This document shows positions 19,001-27,280 of a DNA stretch of 64,000 bases, piece after piece (position 1 is the first letter of the stretch; every line of letters begins with the position of its first letter). Source of the stretch: Deltaproteobacteria bacterium (GTDB taxonomy: Bacteria > Myxococcota_A > UBA9160 > SMWR01); the NCBI GenBank assembly GCA_032128115.1, contig JAQBHB010000082.1:24781-88780 (forward strand), read 5' to 3'. The translations under genes and the position numbers were made by a program. The notes beneath the pieces are model-generated. The model made no database searches, was not told where the DNA came from, and was given only the letters and a program-made list of their open reading frames with translations.

Positions 19001-20931
19001 CGGCGTCCCGCGGCCTGGTGAAGCGTGCCCAGTCGCCGGCGCAGGGCCGCCGCCTCGGGCCCCTCCGCCAAGGCCTCGAGGCGCGTGAGAACCTGCAACA
19101 GCTCCGGCTCGTCGTCGGCGCTGTCAAGCAGTCGAGCCCACTCGGTCAACGGCTCGCCGGCATCTGGTGTGATGTCCGACCAGCGCTGCGCCCAGCCACG
19201 CGCCACCTGAAGCTCGCCCCGCGACTCGGCCGTGCGCATCAGCTCGCGCATGAGCCAGGCCAGGCGCGTCGGGTCGGAGGTGAATTCCACCTCGCGCTCG
19301 TACGCGGCTCGCACCGCCGTCGGGTCGTTGCCGGTCTCTGCCAGGTGTTGCAGGCCGCGATGCGCGGCGGCGAACTGGGGGTCCACGTCCAGGGCCTCCT
19401 GGAAGGCGCGGGTCGCGGCTGCCGGATTCTCGAGCTGTTTCTCCAGGAGTTCGCCCAGCGAACACAGAAAGGCTGCGCGTTGTTCGGTGGGGCCGTCGTG
19501 GCCGGCGGCTTCAAGCAGTTCGCGAAGCTCTTCCCAGGATTCCGACTTGCGGTAGATGCGATCGAGGCTGCTCGCGACACCCGGGGCGGCCGGTCGGGCT
19601 TCGAAGGCCCGCTGCAGTGCCTGCAGCTGAGCGCACGGATCGTCCAGTTGATTGGCCTGGATCCCGGCGAGTTCCACCAGGATCAGTGCGCGCGCACCGG
19701 GATCGCCCGCCGCGAGCTCGGCGCGTTGCTCCATCACGTCTACCAGCTCTTCGTAGCGACCCAATCGCACCAGGGCTTCGGACAGCGCCGCGCTCACCAT
19801 GGCGTCGCTGGGTGCCGCTGCGAGCGCCTGCTGCAGGAATTCCAGGGCCCCCAGATCGTCGCCGCGGGTGCTGTAGATCGACGCCACCTCGAGCAGCGCC
19901 CAGATCGGCGGCGATCCGGCGCAGAGTTCGAGCACGCGCTCGGCGCATCGGAGCAGCTGGGACTCGTCTCCTCGCTCGCGCGCCACGTCCGCCAGAGCCT
20001 GGTACGCGGGCGGGAACTCGGGCATCAGGTTCACGGCACGCTCGAGCCAGGTCTGCGCCATGCTCAGGTCGCGAACGTGCACGTGCTGGACGCGACCCGC
20101 CTCCAGCGCGATCCCGGCGCGCTCGCCGGGATTGCGGACCAGCTCATAACGGCGCTCCAGCAGATCGGACAACAGGTTCCAGTTTCCCGCCGCCGCGGCG
20201 TGGGCGGACAGGGCCTCGCTGGCCGCCAGGTTCCGGGGATCGTCGGTGAGCGCCCGCCGATACAGCTCGCCGGCCCGGTTGGCGTCGGCCGCCTCGACAA
20301 GTTGCGCCTGGCAAACCAGGGCCCGCGCCCGCTCGGTCCCTTCCAGGTGCGGAATCAGGCGTTGCCAGGCCAACGCAGCCTCTGGATTGCGGCCGCAGGC
20401 CGTAAGGGCGCGCGCCGCCCCGGCCAGAGCCCTGGCGTTTTCTGGATTCACGGCCAGCGCGCGCTCGAACTCGGCGCAGGCGGCCGCCGGATCGTCCAGG
20501 TGGTCGAGCCAGATGCTGGCGATCTCGGCCAACAGGGCGGCGCGCTCCACGACCGGCATGGGCAGGACCGACTCCATCTCGGCGATCTGAAGGGCCATGT
20601 CCCACTGCTCGCGGCCGGTGTGGATCTCGCGGAGCTTGCGAAGTGCGGGACGCAGCTCGGAGTTGGCGCGGAGGGCCTCGCTATAGCAGGCGACGGCCGC
20701 GTCCACGTCGCCGCGACGATCCTCGAGGATCTGGGCCTTTCGCATCAGGACGGCGGCTCGGGCCTTGTTGTCTTCCCCCATGGGAAGGGACGCCAGTCGC
20801 TCGTCATAGAGCCCCATGAGCTCGTCCCACTCCGCGGCCAGGAAGTGGTGCTCCTCGAGGGCCTCGAATATCTGCTTTGCAGCCGGGTCTGCGCGGAAGC
20901 GCTCCCACAGCCGTTCCAACCTCGGGTTCAC
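13075..20931 (-). CDS. Giant tetratricopeptide-repeat protein (2618 aa), AgmK/GltI-like architecture
   Basis: Uninterrupted 7.9-kb ORF with dozens of TPR-like units (A..Y..AL..DP....A..AL..LY...W..L); no signal peptide evident. Confidence 0.85.
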   Translation of the reverse strand: MNPRLERLWERFRADPAAKQIFEALEEHHFLAAEWDELMGLYDERLASLPMGEDNKARAAVLMRKAQILEDRRGDVDAAVACYSEALRANSELRPALRKLREIHTGREQWDMALQIAEMESVLPMPVVERAALLAEIASIWLDHLDDPAAACAEFERALAVNPENARALAGAARALTACGRNPEAALAWQRLIPHLEGTERARALVCQAQLVEAADANRAGELYRRALTDDPRNLAASEALSAHAAAAGNWNLLSDLLERRYELVRNPGERAGIALEAGRVQHVHVRDLSMAQTWLERAVNLMPEFPPAYQALADVARERGDESQLLRCAERVLELCAGSPPIWALLEVASIYSTRGDDLGALEFLQQALAAAPSDAMVSAALSEALVRLGRYEELVDVMEQRAELAAGDPGARALILVELAGIQANQLDDPCAQLQALQRAFEARPAAPGVASSLDRIYRKSESWEELRELLEAAGHDGPTEQRAAFLCSLGELLEKQLENPAAATRAFQEALDVDPQFAAAHRGLQHLAETGNDPTAVRAAYEREVEFTSDPTRLAWLMRELMRTAESRGELQVARGWAQRWSDITPDAGEPLTEWARLLDSADDEPELLQVLTRLEALAEGPEAAALRRRLGTLHQAAGRREEAIRCYEAALEVMPDDVEALEALSVQYDVANRVHDLVRTRERLADLLPPPRNAFFLDGLASVLAERLGDLHGAIDVLIRLSATEGAPEDVGERLDALLEAAGQHEALADRLRARKDKLRPGSPEFGAIALALGQRLLQLHRFDEAAAAFGEAHAATGDPQAQEGLESAWRAAGDAEALAGFLADQAQTSDDPGTRDQRALESAVLLQDAEDRVDAAADTFRRLASTSANAAIRREASERLDLLFERQGAWSQLRDHLHATLDSGTADEDAERHQRMGRLCLDRLGDPEGAADHFEHAARLAPRRPHPWRDLAQMYESDGRHRDVVRALEGELAANPDPERELTLRTQAAALYTRALSDDRRARAHYERIFELDPSHSAAAEYLIAPFEREGQYTRVVQVLEARLDAVGGATGDGKVGDDAAARRASLQIRIAGLRANHLDDVDGAISALESAVSDIGPEAVVAEPLADLYEKAGYHQELVDLCTRTSAATEDSAERANWLLRLGSGLRHCGEKRDSVSAYQRVLHERPDDREARAALRELYRELDQPEELAQLIESSIQQMAGREEIQARVELAAIQASQLGRPAQALTHLRRVLRLDPAHEDALDRALAMAEVLGDDQATLEILDGALDRWQTPAARAGLLARRGSTLAHVMNRPEEAVTCLREALALDSRSPVLRAELRAVLESQGRWAEALDLLYAESDGRDDETRTAVLEQAVATATEKLSPDAALPWLERLRALRPEDSGVLQRIANIHKAAERPGAQLLALDYELRLVHDGARKLEILTERARVLESQLESPALALADLESARKIDPNHLGVLQALDRLYAVLGRHRERAEILEALAGIAAPEERVAVWCEAGALYADTLSDPHRAVYHLMRAVAEAPDPSPLRAELLRALGQALRARGPLDAWARCAEAELSALDPDAPVFADRRLELHRELAGAYENDLGRREAALRHLRCAVDEASDDPASAGNAGRRAAEESLLRLLETEHHVIELEARLTARLTREPEDAERWLDLATLCEQKLHTPASAAAAYRKLVDLAPDSLLGVRGLSRTCERIRDWPGAVHALELEIELAASRPQSERAALHHRLGQILWRELGSNALAVRSFTAALEADETDPDSMHALQELFEEMEDWSSALDYYEREASSLCEADPERRRAIWLHVASLALNQSREDERALAAYQSAEALGDLTTHQRRVLADLHRRVGDLASFSRVLGAWCDDPEAGASCDDHLEVADALVSLGRTGDAVNRVDRALTCDERSVRAWDLAACLREELGNQSRAVEALWRASMLLSGHEAAHRLLQAASICEADDLQRALDLTRAAVERDPGDVRGQTTLARIAQVLAASDEALEAANTALELADALGSEADELAVMAALAGGAAARQVGRAVDALRFFSLVLASQPDHPDALAGRGESLAELGDLAGARRALETRLDRGDVYPARAQHLTLVGMHFVAVGEPEAALERFEAAIRDDPTLDEAHLQIAALHEANDHIEVGIACLERWAALADEPSVRASRLLRAAEWEIRSDGQHAAAERHLRQILEADPGCGRAWRMLTDFLRTTDRNDEALATSTLALAGLEDADVVTPLALTRGQVLEEGGDLRGAAEAYGIAAPHCADAALSRARLLRTLGDWQAAADTLREFVTLHGGANLAGLTESLEQLGQLLAGPLEDFGSAIVVYQRAVQLDPDRDEARQTLAGLLARTPDQWRLALDHLRVLLDSDPTHRASLRTLLDIARDQCRDTALTNGLTILRALGIASEREREEAPMTLSLRVASERQLPDRVSEALRRLAHGAAREIRQALDATENPKLPSPDDFTTSVLAAEASLTAPALLPLSDEKLGEVLQVLATLVLEPAEVHGDGALVNSFSAALGWRSRRRLRRTLAGHSLEALCAVDISTWRMQVRTLAQAVALDDGGGDLRAALEGLVREAADGSIRDLGPSTDLTDLVSGTPAADCLLRRTLHAWMESL

Positions 20932-20973
20932 GCGAACTCCCGGCGCCGGGGGCGCCTCAGGGGGGTTCGACGT

Positions 20974-21001
20974 TCATCGACCCCGCCGCTGCGGACCTTG
21001 A
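20974..21001 (-). promoter_or_regulatory. Putative sigma28/FliA-like promoter of the TPR-PilZ pair
   Basis: Minus strand TCAAG-N15-GTCGATGA, 43 nt upstream of GTG 20931. Confidence 0.45.
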
Positions 21002-21082
21002 TGGCATTCGCTTGCGGCGAGAGGTGATTTTGATTAGTTTTTTCAAGTGCTTAGGGCCAGAATCGCCGCCTTTGAAAGGGGC

Positions 21083-21169
21083 GAGCGAGGCCCGGGACGG
21101 CGCGCCCTACGCCCCAGAGCGAGGCCCGGGACGGCGCGCCCCACACCCCAGAGCGAGGCCCGAGACGGC
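21083..21169. repeat. 34-bp tandem repeat, about 2.5 copies
   Basis: gagcgaggcccgggacggcgcgccc(t/c)ac(g/a)cccca at 21083 and 21117, partial at 21151; ends immediately before ATG 21170. Confidence 0.9.
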
Positions 21170-23446
21170 ATGGCCTTGAACCGCACGTCGAGCGAGCGCG
21201 AGCGGCTGCGAACGGCCGCGCCGAAGCAGCCGAACGAAGCGGGGCTGACACCCGAGCAGCGGCGTCGGCGCCGCCGTGAGTTCTGGATCACGGTGGTGGT
21301 GCTGGCGGTCGTGGTCGGCCTGCTTCTGCTCCAGCCCCTCTCCGGGCTCACCCAGGGCGTGGGCGACAGCGGGTTGTTCCTGCTGGTCAACGCGGTCACG
21401 GTGATGCTGATCCTGCTGCTTGGCTTCCTGGTCACCCGCAACTTCTGGAAGATCGTCGGCGAACGGCGCCTCGGGATCCTGGGTTCGCGGCTCAACCTGA
21501 AGTTCGTGGCGGCCATGTTCCTGGTCGCCTTCGTCGCCACGTCGGGCCTGTTGGTGGCGTCGGCCTTCTTCATCACCCAGTCGATCGACAAGTGGTTCAG
21601 CGTGCAGGTGGATCGCGCCCTGGAAGAGAGCGGTCAGGTGGCGAACCACTACTACCAGTCGACCGCCGAGAGCGCGCTGTTCTACGGCGCGCGCATCGCG
21701 GAGCAGATCACGCAGCGCCGCCTGCTTCGCGAGGACGCGCTGAGCGACCTGGCGGGCTTCGTCCAGGAACGCCAGCGCGAGTACAACCTGGGGGTCGTCG
21801 AGGTCTTCAGCGCCACTGGCGAGGAACTCGTGAGTTCGGTCAACCCCGAGATTCCCGCCGCCAACTTCTCCCGGCACGACGGCGAGCTGGTGCGATCGGC
21901 GCTCGACGGTGGCGGGAGCTGGCGTGTGGAGGAGGTGGGAAGTGGTGACGTGATCCGCGGCGCGGTTCCCATCGCCTCATCGTTCCACCCGGGCGACGCG
22001 GTCGGCGCCGTCGTGGTCAACACGTTCGTGCCATTCTCGCTGGCGCGCAAGGTGGCGAGCATCCGCACGACCCTGGACGAGTACCGCATCCTGCAGCCCA
22101 GCGCGGGTCATATCCGCACGGCCTACCTGCTGGAGCTGGGACTCGCGTTCCTGATGGTGCTGATGCTCGCCATGTGGATGGGCTTGCGCATCGCCAAGGG
22201 CGTGACCGGCCCGATCCGGGCGTTGGCCGAGGGCAACGCCGAGGTGGCGCGAGGCAACCTGGAAGTGGTGGTGGAGAAGACCTCCGACGACGAAGTCGGA
22301 TTCCTGGTGCAATCGTTCAATCGCATGACCCAAGAGCTTCGCGATGCTCGCGTTCGCATCGACGACTCCAACGCCGAGCGCGAGCAGCGCCGGCGCTACA
22401 TGGAGGTGGTGCTTGGCACCATCGGCGCCGGGGTGGTGTCGGTGGACGCCGAGGGGCGCGTCGGCACCATGAACCCGTCGGCCCAGCGTTATCTGGGCAT
22501 TTCCGCGGGCGTTGGCGTCATCGGCAACAAGCTGGCCGATCTGGGAGCGAGCCCGGAGTTGCTGAATCTGGTGGAGGAGGCGACCCGTCAGCTGCGCCCG
22601 GGCCGCCGCGAGAACACCCGCCGACAGGTCCAGGTGCGTGTCGGAGAGGAGTTGGCCACGCTCTTCGTCAGCGTGACCCTGCTCTACGGCGAGGGTGGGG
22701 TGGCGTTGGGTACGGTGATCGTGCTCGACGACTACACCCAGGTGGTCAAGGTCCAGCGCATGGCCGCCTGGCGCGAGGTGGCGCGGCGCATCGCCCACGA
22801 GATCAAGAACCCCCTCACGCCCATCCAGCTGTCGGCCCAACGGCTGCGTCGACGGTTCCGCAGCCGCCTGTCCGCGGAGCCCGAGGACGAGCGTGTCTTC
22901 GACGAGTGCGTTGACGCGATCACGACCCAGGTGGAAAGCCTGAAGATGCTGGTGGACGAGTTCTCCAACTTCGCGCGCCTTCCCACGGCGCGACCCGAGC
23001 CCGGCGACCTCAACCACATGGTTCGCGACGCGGTGGTCAGCTACGCCGGAACCGAGGACGTGACGTTCGAAACCCGTCTGGATCCTGCGCTTCCCACGGT
23101 GGACCTGGATCGCGAGCAGATCCGTCGCGTGCTCACCAATCTGGTCGACAACGCCATTGCCGCGGTGCAGCTGCGGCCCGGCCCCGGTCGCGTTCGGCTG
23201 GCAACCGTGTACGACGCGCCGCTCCAGATCGTTCGCCTGGAAGTTACGGACGACGGCCCGGGCATCTCTCCCGAGGACCGGCGCCGCATATTCGAGCCCT
23301 ACTTCTCGACCAAGAAGCAGGGCACCGGTCTCGGACTCGCCATCGTCTCGCGCATTGTCGCCGATCACCACGGCTACATCCGGGTCCAGGCAGCCCAGCC
23401 GCGGGGCTCGCGCTTCGTGGTCGAGCTGCCGGTGCGAGGGACCTAG
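21170..23446 (+). CDS. ntrY: NtrY-like sensor histidine kinase (TM-HAMP-PAS-HisKA-HATPase)
   Basis: SIDKWFS after the TM segments, HAMP, AAWREVARRIAHEIKNPLTPIQLS, NLVDNA, DDGPG, GTGLGL. Confidence 0.88.
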   Translation: MALNRTSSERERLRTAAPKQPNEAGLTPEQRRRRRREFWITVVVLAVVVGLLLLQPLSGLTQGVGDSGLFLLVNAVTVMLILLLGFLVTRNFWKIVGERRLGILGSRLNLKFVAAMFLVAFVATSGLLVASAFFITQSIDKWFSVQVDRALEESGQVANHYYQSTAESALFYGARIAEQITQRRLLREDALSDLAGFVQERQREYNLGVVEVFSATGEELVSSVNPEIPAANFSRHDGELVRSALDGGGSWRVEEVGSGDVIRGAVPIASSFHPGDAVGAVVVNTFVPFSLARKVASIRTTLDEYRILQPSAGHIRTAYLLELGLAFLMVLMLAMWMGLRIAKGVTGPIRALAEGNAEVARGNLEVVVEKTSDDEVGFLVQSFNRMTQELRDARVRIDDSNAEREQRRRYMEVVLGTIGAGVVSVDAEGRVGTMNPSAQRYLGISAGVGVIGNKLADLGASPELLNLVEEATRQLRPGRRENTRRQVQVRVGEELATLFVSVTLLYGEGGVALGTVIVLDDYTQVVKVQRMAAWREVARRIAHEIKNPLTPIQLSAQRLRRRFRSRLSAEPEDERVFDECVDAITTQVESLKMLVDEFSNFARLPTARPEPGDLNHMVRDAVVSYAGTEDVTFETRLDPALPTVDLDREQIRRVLTNLVDNAIAAVQLRPGPGRVRLATVYDAPLQIVRLEVTDDGPGISPEDRRRIFEPYFSTKKQGTGLGLAIVSRIVADHHGYIRVQAAQPRGSRFVVELPVRGT

Positions 23447-23449
23447 CGG

Positions 23450-24793
23450 GTGAGCCGCATCCTGATCGTCGACGACGAAGAGAGCATCCGGCGCTCCCTG
23501 GGCGGGATCCTTTCGGACGAGGGCTTCGAGACCGCGGTGGCGGCGAACGGCGAGAGCGCCCTCACGGCCATCGGGCGCGACGGTGCGCCCGATCTGGTGC
23601 TGCTGGACATCGCCATGCCGGGACGCGATGGCGTCGAGATCCTGGCCGAGCTTCGCGAGCGCTGGCCGGAACTTCCGGTGCTGATGATGAGCGGTCACGG
23701 AACCATCGAGACCGCGGTGCGCACCACGCGCATGGGTGCCTTCGACTTCGTGGAGAAGCCCCTCTCCATCGACAAGTTGCTGCTGACGATCCAGCATGCC
23801 CTCGATCGCTCGCGGCTGGAGAGCGAGAACCGAAATCTGCGTCGCCAGGCCCTTCGCGCTCACGAGATCCTGGGCACGTCCGACGCGACCGTGCACCTGG
23901 TGGAGCAGATCGCGGTGGCGGCGCCCACCAACGGCTGGGTTCTGATCACGGGAGAGAACGGCACCGGCAAAGAACTGGTGGCGCGCCAGATGCATCTTCG
24001 GAGCCGTCGCTGTCGCGAACCGTTCGTAGAGGTGAACTGCGCCGCCATTCCCGAAGAGCTGATCGAGTCGGAGTTGTTCGGTCACGAGAAGGGGGCGTTC
24101 ACCGGTGCGTCGTCCCAGAAGCGCGGGAAGTTCGAGCAGGCCCACCGCGGCACCATCTTCCTGGACGAGGTTGCCGACATGAGCGTGATGACCCAGGCCA
24201 AGGTGTTGCGGGTCCTCCAGGAGAGCACCTTCGAGCGCGTGGGTGGCAGTGAACGCCTGGAGGTGGACGTGCGCGTGATCGCGGCCACCAACAAGAACCT
24301 CGAGAAGGAGATCGCGGCGGGGAACTTTCGTGAGGATCTCTACTATCGCCTCAACGTGATTCCCTTCCACGTACCGAGCCTTCGCGAGCGTCCCGAGGAC
24401 ATCCCGATCCTGGCGGAGAGCTTCGTAGAGGAATTCTGTGCCGATTCGGGCATCAAGACCAAGCAGATCGGCAAGGCGGCCATGAAGCTGCTGCGCGCCC
24501 ACGCGTGGCCGGGAAACGTGCGCGAGCTGCGCAACCTGATGGAGCGGCTGGTGATCATGACACCGGGCCCCGACATCGAACTTCACGATCTGCCGGACAC
24601 GGTCCGAGCCACCTCCTTGCCCGTCAGCGCCTCCCTGGACGACGCCAGGCGCAGCTTCGAGCGCGATTACCTGCTGGCCCGCCTGCGCGAGCACGGCGGC
24701 AACATCTCGCGCACCGCCGAGGCGATCGGCCTGGCCCGGGAGAGTCTGTCGCGCAAGATCAAGTCCCATGGGATCGAGGTGGAGCGTGAGTGA
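23450..24793 (+). CDS. ntrX: NtrX/NtrC-family sigma54-dependent response regulator
   Basis: REC domain (LIVDDE, LLDIAMP), GENGTGKE, ESELFGHEKGAFTGA, WPGNVREL, Fis-type HTH. Confidence 0.9.
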   Translation: MSRILIVDDEESIRRSLGGILSDEGFETAVAANGESALTAIGRDGAPDLVLLDIAMPGRDGVEILAELRERWPELPVLMMSGHGTIETAVRTTRMGAFDFVEKPLSIDKLLLTIQHALDRSRLESENRNLRRQALRAHEILGTSDATVHLVEQIAVAAPTNGWVLITGENGTGKELVARQMHLRSRRCREPFVEVNCAAIPEELIESELFGHEKGAFTGASSQKRGKFEQAHRGTIFLDEVADMSVMTQAKVLRVLQESTFERVGGSERLEVDVRVIAATNKNLEKEIAAGNFREDLYYRLNVIPFHVPSLRERPEDIPILAESFVEEFCADSGIKTKQIGKAAMKLLRAHAWPGNVRELRNLMERLVIMTPGPDIELHDLPDTVRATSLPVSASLDDARRSFERDYLLARLREHGGNISRTAEAIGLARESLSRKIKSHGIEVERE

Positions 24794-25592
24794 TCGGGCG
24801 CTGCCCATTCGCACCGATGCGCAGGTCGTGTCCAACGAGTCGGCGAGCGGTGCGAATCTGCGACTGGTGCTGCGCGTGCCCGGGTTCCCGGGCTTCGAAC
24901 CGGGGCAGTTCGCCATGCTATCGCCAGGCGCTTGCACCGGGGTGGATCGCAGTGACCCGCTGCTGCCGCGCCCCATGGCCATCTACCGGGCCCGCGGTGA
25001 CGAAATCGAAGTGGTCTACAAGGTGGTGGGGCGCGGAACGGGCCTGCTGAGCCAGGTGCGGCCCGGCGAGCGTGTCCGCGTCGTGGGGCCCCTGGGGCTC
25101 GGGTTTGGCGAGCCGGGCCCGGGAGAGCGAGCCATTCTGGTAGCGGGCGGGACTGGAATCGCTTCGGTATACGAACTGGCCGCCCGCCTGGCGGGACGCT
25201 TCGACGTGGTGGTGTTGCTTGGCGCGCGCACTCGCGACGACCTGATGGGCCGCGACGACTTCGCGGGCCTGGACGTGAGACTCGAGATCGCCAGCGAAGA
25301 CGGAAGCGAGGGGATCGAGGGCCTCGTCACCGCATTGCTCGAGGATGAGCTTGACGCCGGTGGCCCGGCCCGGGTCTACGCCTGCGGCCCCACCGCCATG
25401 ATGCGAGCGGCTGCCGACCTGGCTGCGTCGCGGGGGGTGGCCTGCGTCGTCTCCCTCGAGAACACCATGGCGTGCGGCTTTGGCGTTTGCCTGGGCTGCG
25501 CGGCGCCGCTTGCCGATGGTGGCAGTGCCCTGGTCTGCCGCGACGGCCCGGTGTTCGACGCGAACATCCTGCGCTGGGACGCGCTCGCGTGA
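24786..25592 (+). CDS. pyrK: Dihydroorotate dehydrogenase electron transfer subunit
   Basis: PGQF, PLLPRPMAI, GPLG, AGGTG, YACGP, MACGFGVCLGC...VCRDGPVF (2Fe-2S ligands). Confidence 0.9.
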   Translation: MSDRALPIRTDAQVVSNESASGANLRLVLRVPGFPGFEPGQFAMLSPGACTGVDRSDPLLPRPMAIYRARGDEIEVVYKVVGRGTGLLSQVRPGERVRVVGPLGLGFGEPGPGERAILVAGGTGIASVYELAARLAGRFDVVVLLGARTRDDLMGRDDFAGLDVRLEIASEDGSEGIEGLVTALLEDELDAGGPARVYACGPTAMMRAAADLAASRGVACVVSLENTMACGFGVCLGCAAPLADGGSALVCRDGPVFDANILRWDALA

Positions 25593-26509
25593 GCGTCGAC
25601 ACAGGCGTCGATCTGGCGGGAATCCCCCTGCGCAACCCCGTGCTCACGGCGTCGGGCACCTTCGGCTACGGCAGCGAATTTGCCCCGTTCCTGGATCTGC
25701 GGCGCATCGGCGGCTTCGTGGCCAAGAGTCTCACCCTGGAGCCCCGGGTGGGGAACCTGCCGCCACGCATTGCCGAGGCGCCTTCCGGGATGCTCAACGC
25801 CATCAGCCTCGAGAACGTGGGCGTGGATGCCTTCGTGCGCGAGAAGCTCCCGGCCCTCCCCGAGGGCGTCGTGGTGATCGCGAGCGTCTTCGAGACCGAG
25901 ATCGACCGCTACGCGGAGGTCTGCAAGCGCCTGGCGGGCGTGGGCCGGGTGGCCGGCATCGAGATCAACGCTTCGTGTCCCCACGTGAAGAGCGGTGGCA
26001 TCGAGTTCGGCCAGGACCCGGCCGTGCTGGCCCAGCTGGTGCGGGCGGCGCGCCGGGCGGTGCAGGTGCCCATGCTGGTGAAGCTCTCCCCCAACGTCAC
26101 CGACATCGCCGCGATGGCGCGGGTCTGCGAGGGCGAGGGAGCGGACGGGATCAGCCTGATCAACGCGGTCCAGGCCCTGGAGGTGGACGTGGAGAGGCGC
26201 CGGCCGGTGCTGGCCAACGGACTTGGGGGGCTTTCCGGACCCGCGATCCGCCCCATTGCCCTGCGCATGGTCTGGCAGGCTGCCCAGGCCGTGAAACTGC
26301 CGATCTGCGGCATCGGGGGGATCACCAGCGCCGAAGATGCCGTGAAGTTCCTGTTGTGCGGGGCCTCGGCCGTGCAGGTGGGTACCAGCAACTACCTGGA
26401 TCCGGCCATTGCCGGCGAGATTGCCGACGGCATCGCCGCCTATGCCGAGCGCTGCGGGTTCGCCCGGGTCTCCGACCTGGTGGGGGCCCTGGAGAGCGGC
26501 ACCGGCTGA
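25589..26509 (+). CDS. pyrD: Dihydroorotate dehydrogenase family 1B catalytic subunit
   Basis: LRNPVLTASGTFGYG, GNLPPRIAE, EINASCPHV, VKLSPNV, GGLSGPAIRPIA. Confidence 0.93.
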   Translation: MSVDTGVDLAGIPLRNPVLTASGTFGYGSEFAPFLDLRRIGGFVAKSLTLEPRVGNLPPRIAEAPSGMLNAISLENVGVDAFVREKLPALPEGVVVIASVFETEIDRYAEVCKRLAGVGRVAGIEINASCPHVKSGGIEFGQDPAVLAQLVRAARRAVQVPMLVKLSPNVTDIAAMARVCEGEGADGISLINAVQALEVDVERRRPVLANGLGGLSGPAIRPIALRMVWQAAQAVKLPICGIGGITSAEDAVKFLLCGASAVQVGTSNYLDPAIAGEIADGIAAYAERCGFARVSDLVGALESGTG

Positions 26510-26688
26510 TCCCGCCCGGTTTGCGGCGGGTCCAGAATTTGGATAAATTACGCGGGCTTATACGGGCAGCCGCCGGTGGCGTCGCCCCCCCGCCAGATCT
26601 CGCGGGGAGGCTCTGGGAGCGGACGAGCCCGCGCGAATGTGAATTTGAATTTGAATGTGAGTGGGCCCTCCGGGGGGTCCGGGTCGGG

Positions 26689-26719
26689 AAAGTGGGCAGT
26701 TCGTCCGCTTTTTTTGTTT
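26689..26719 (+). terminator. Hairpin plus U-tract in the rimP-nusA leader (attenuator-like)
   Basis: aaagtgggc-agttc-gtccgcttt followed by ttttgttt, about 60 nt upstream of rimP. Confidence 0.65.
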
Positions 26720-26777
26720 CTGGGTGCGGTGCGCGCCGGCGCGCGCCGGCGCGCGGATTCGCAGGCGCGGTCGGATC

Positions 26778-27266
26778 GTGTATCGGGACATCCCGGAGGA
26801 GCTCCGAGTGTTGATCGAGCCCGTAGTGCAGGGTCGGGGACTCGAATTGGTTGACGTGCTGATGACGCGTGGCCGCGGGCCGTGGCTGATGCGGGTGACG
26901 ATCGATACGCCGGAGGGGGACGGTCGCGTCCCGGTGGATCGTTGTGCAGAGGTGTCGCGCGAGTTGGAAACCCATCTGGACACGGCCAACGCGGTGCCGG
27001 GCGAATACCGCCTGGAGGTGTCGTCGCCCGGGCTCGATCGGATGCTCGCCAGGGAGAAGGACTTCGAAGCCGCCCGGGGTTCGCAGGTGCACATCGAGAC
27101 GCGGAACCCGCTGGACGGGCGCCGTCGCTTCCGCGGCCTGCTGGTGGCCTTCGAAGACGGCGTGGCGACGCTCACCGCTGACGGGGGCGAGGTGGGAATC
27201 CCGTTCGCCGAGGTGGCGCGCGCCCACACGATCTACGAATTCACCCGCGCGGACTTCGCGCGCTGA
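26778..27266 (+). CDS. rimP: Ribosome maturation factor RimP
   Basis: GLELVDV...RVTID...DRCAEVSRE...YRLEVSSPGLDR; first gene of the nusA operon. Confidence 0.92.
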   Translation: MYRDIPEELRVLIEPVVQGRGLELVDVLMTRGRGPWLMRVTIDTPEGDGRVPVDRCAEVSRELETHLDTANAVPGEYRLEVSSPGLDRMLAREKDFEAARGSQVHIETRNPLDGRRRFRGLLVAFEDGVATLTADGGEVGIPFAEVARAHTIYEFTRADFAR

Positions 27267-27280
27267 GGGAGTAGGGGCAG

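Noticed and set aside
21083..21169. Possible mini-CRISPR (34-bp period)
   Set aside because: Head-to-tail tandem copies without spacers.
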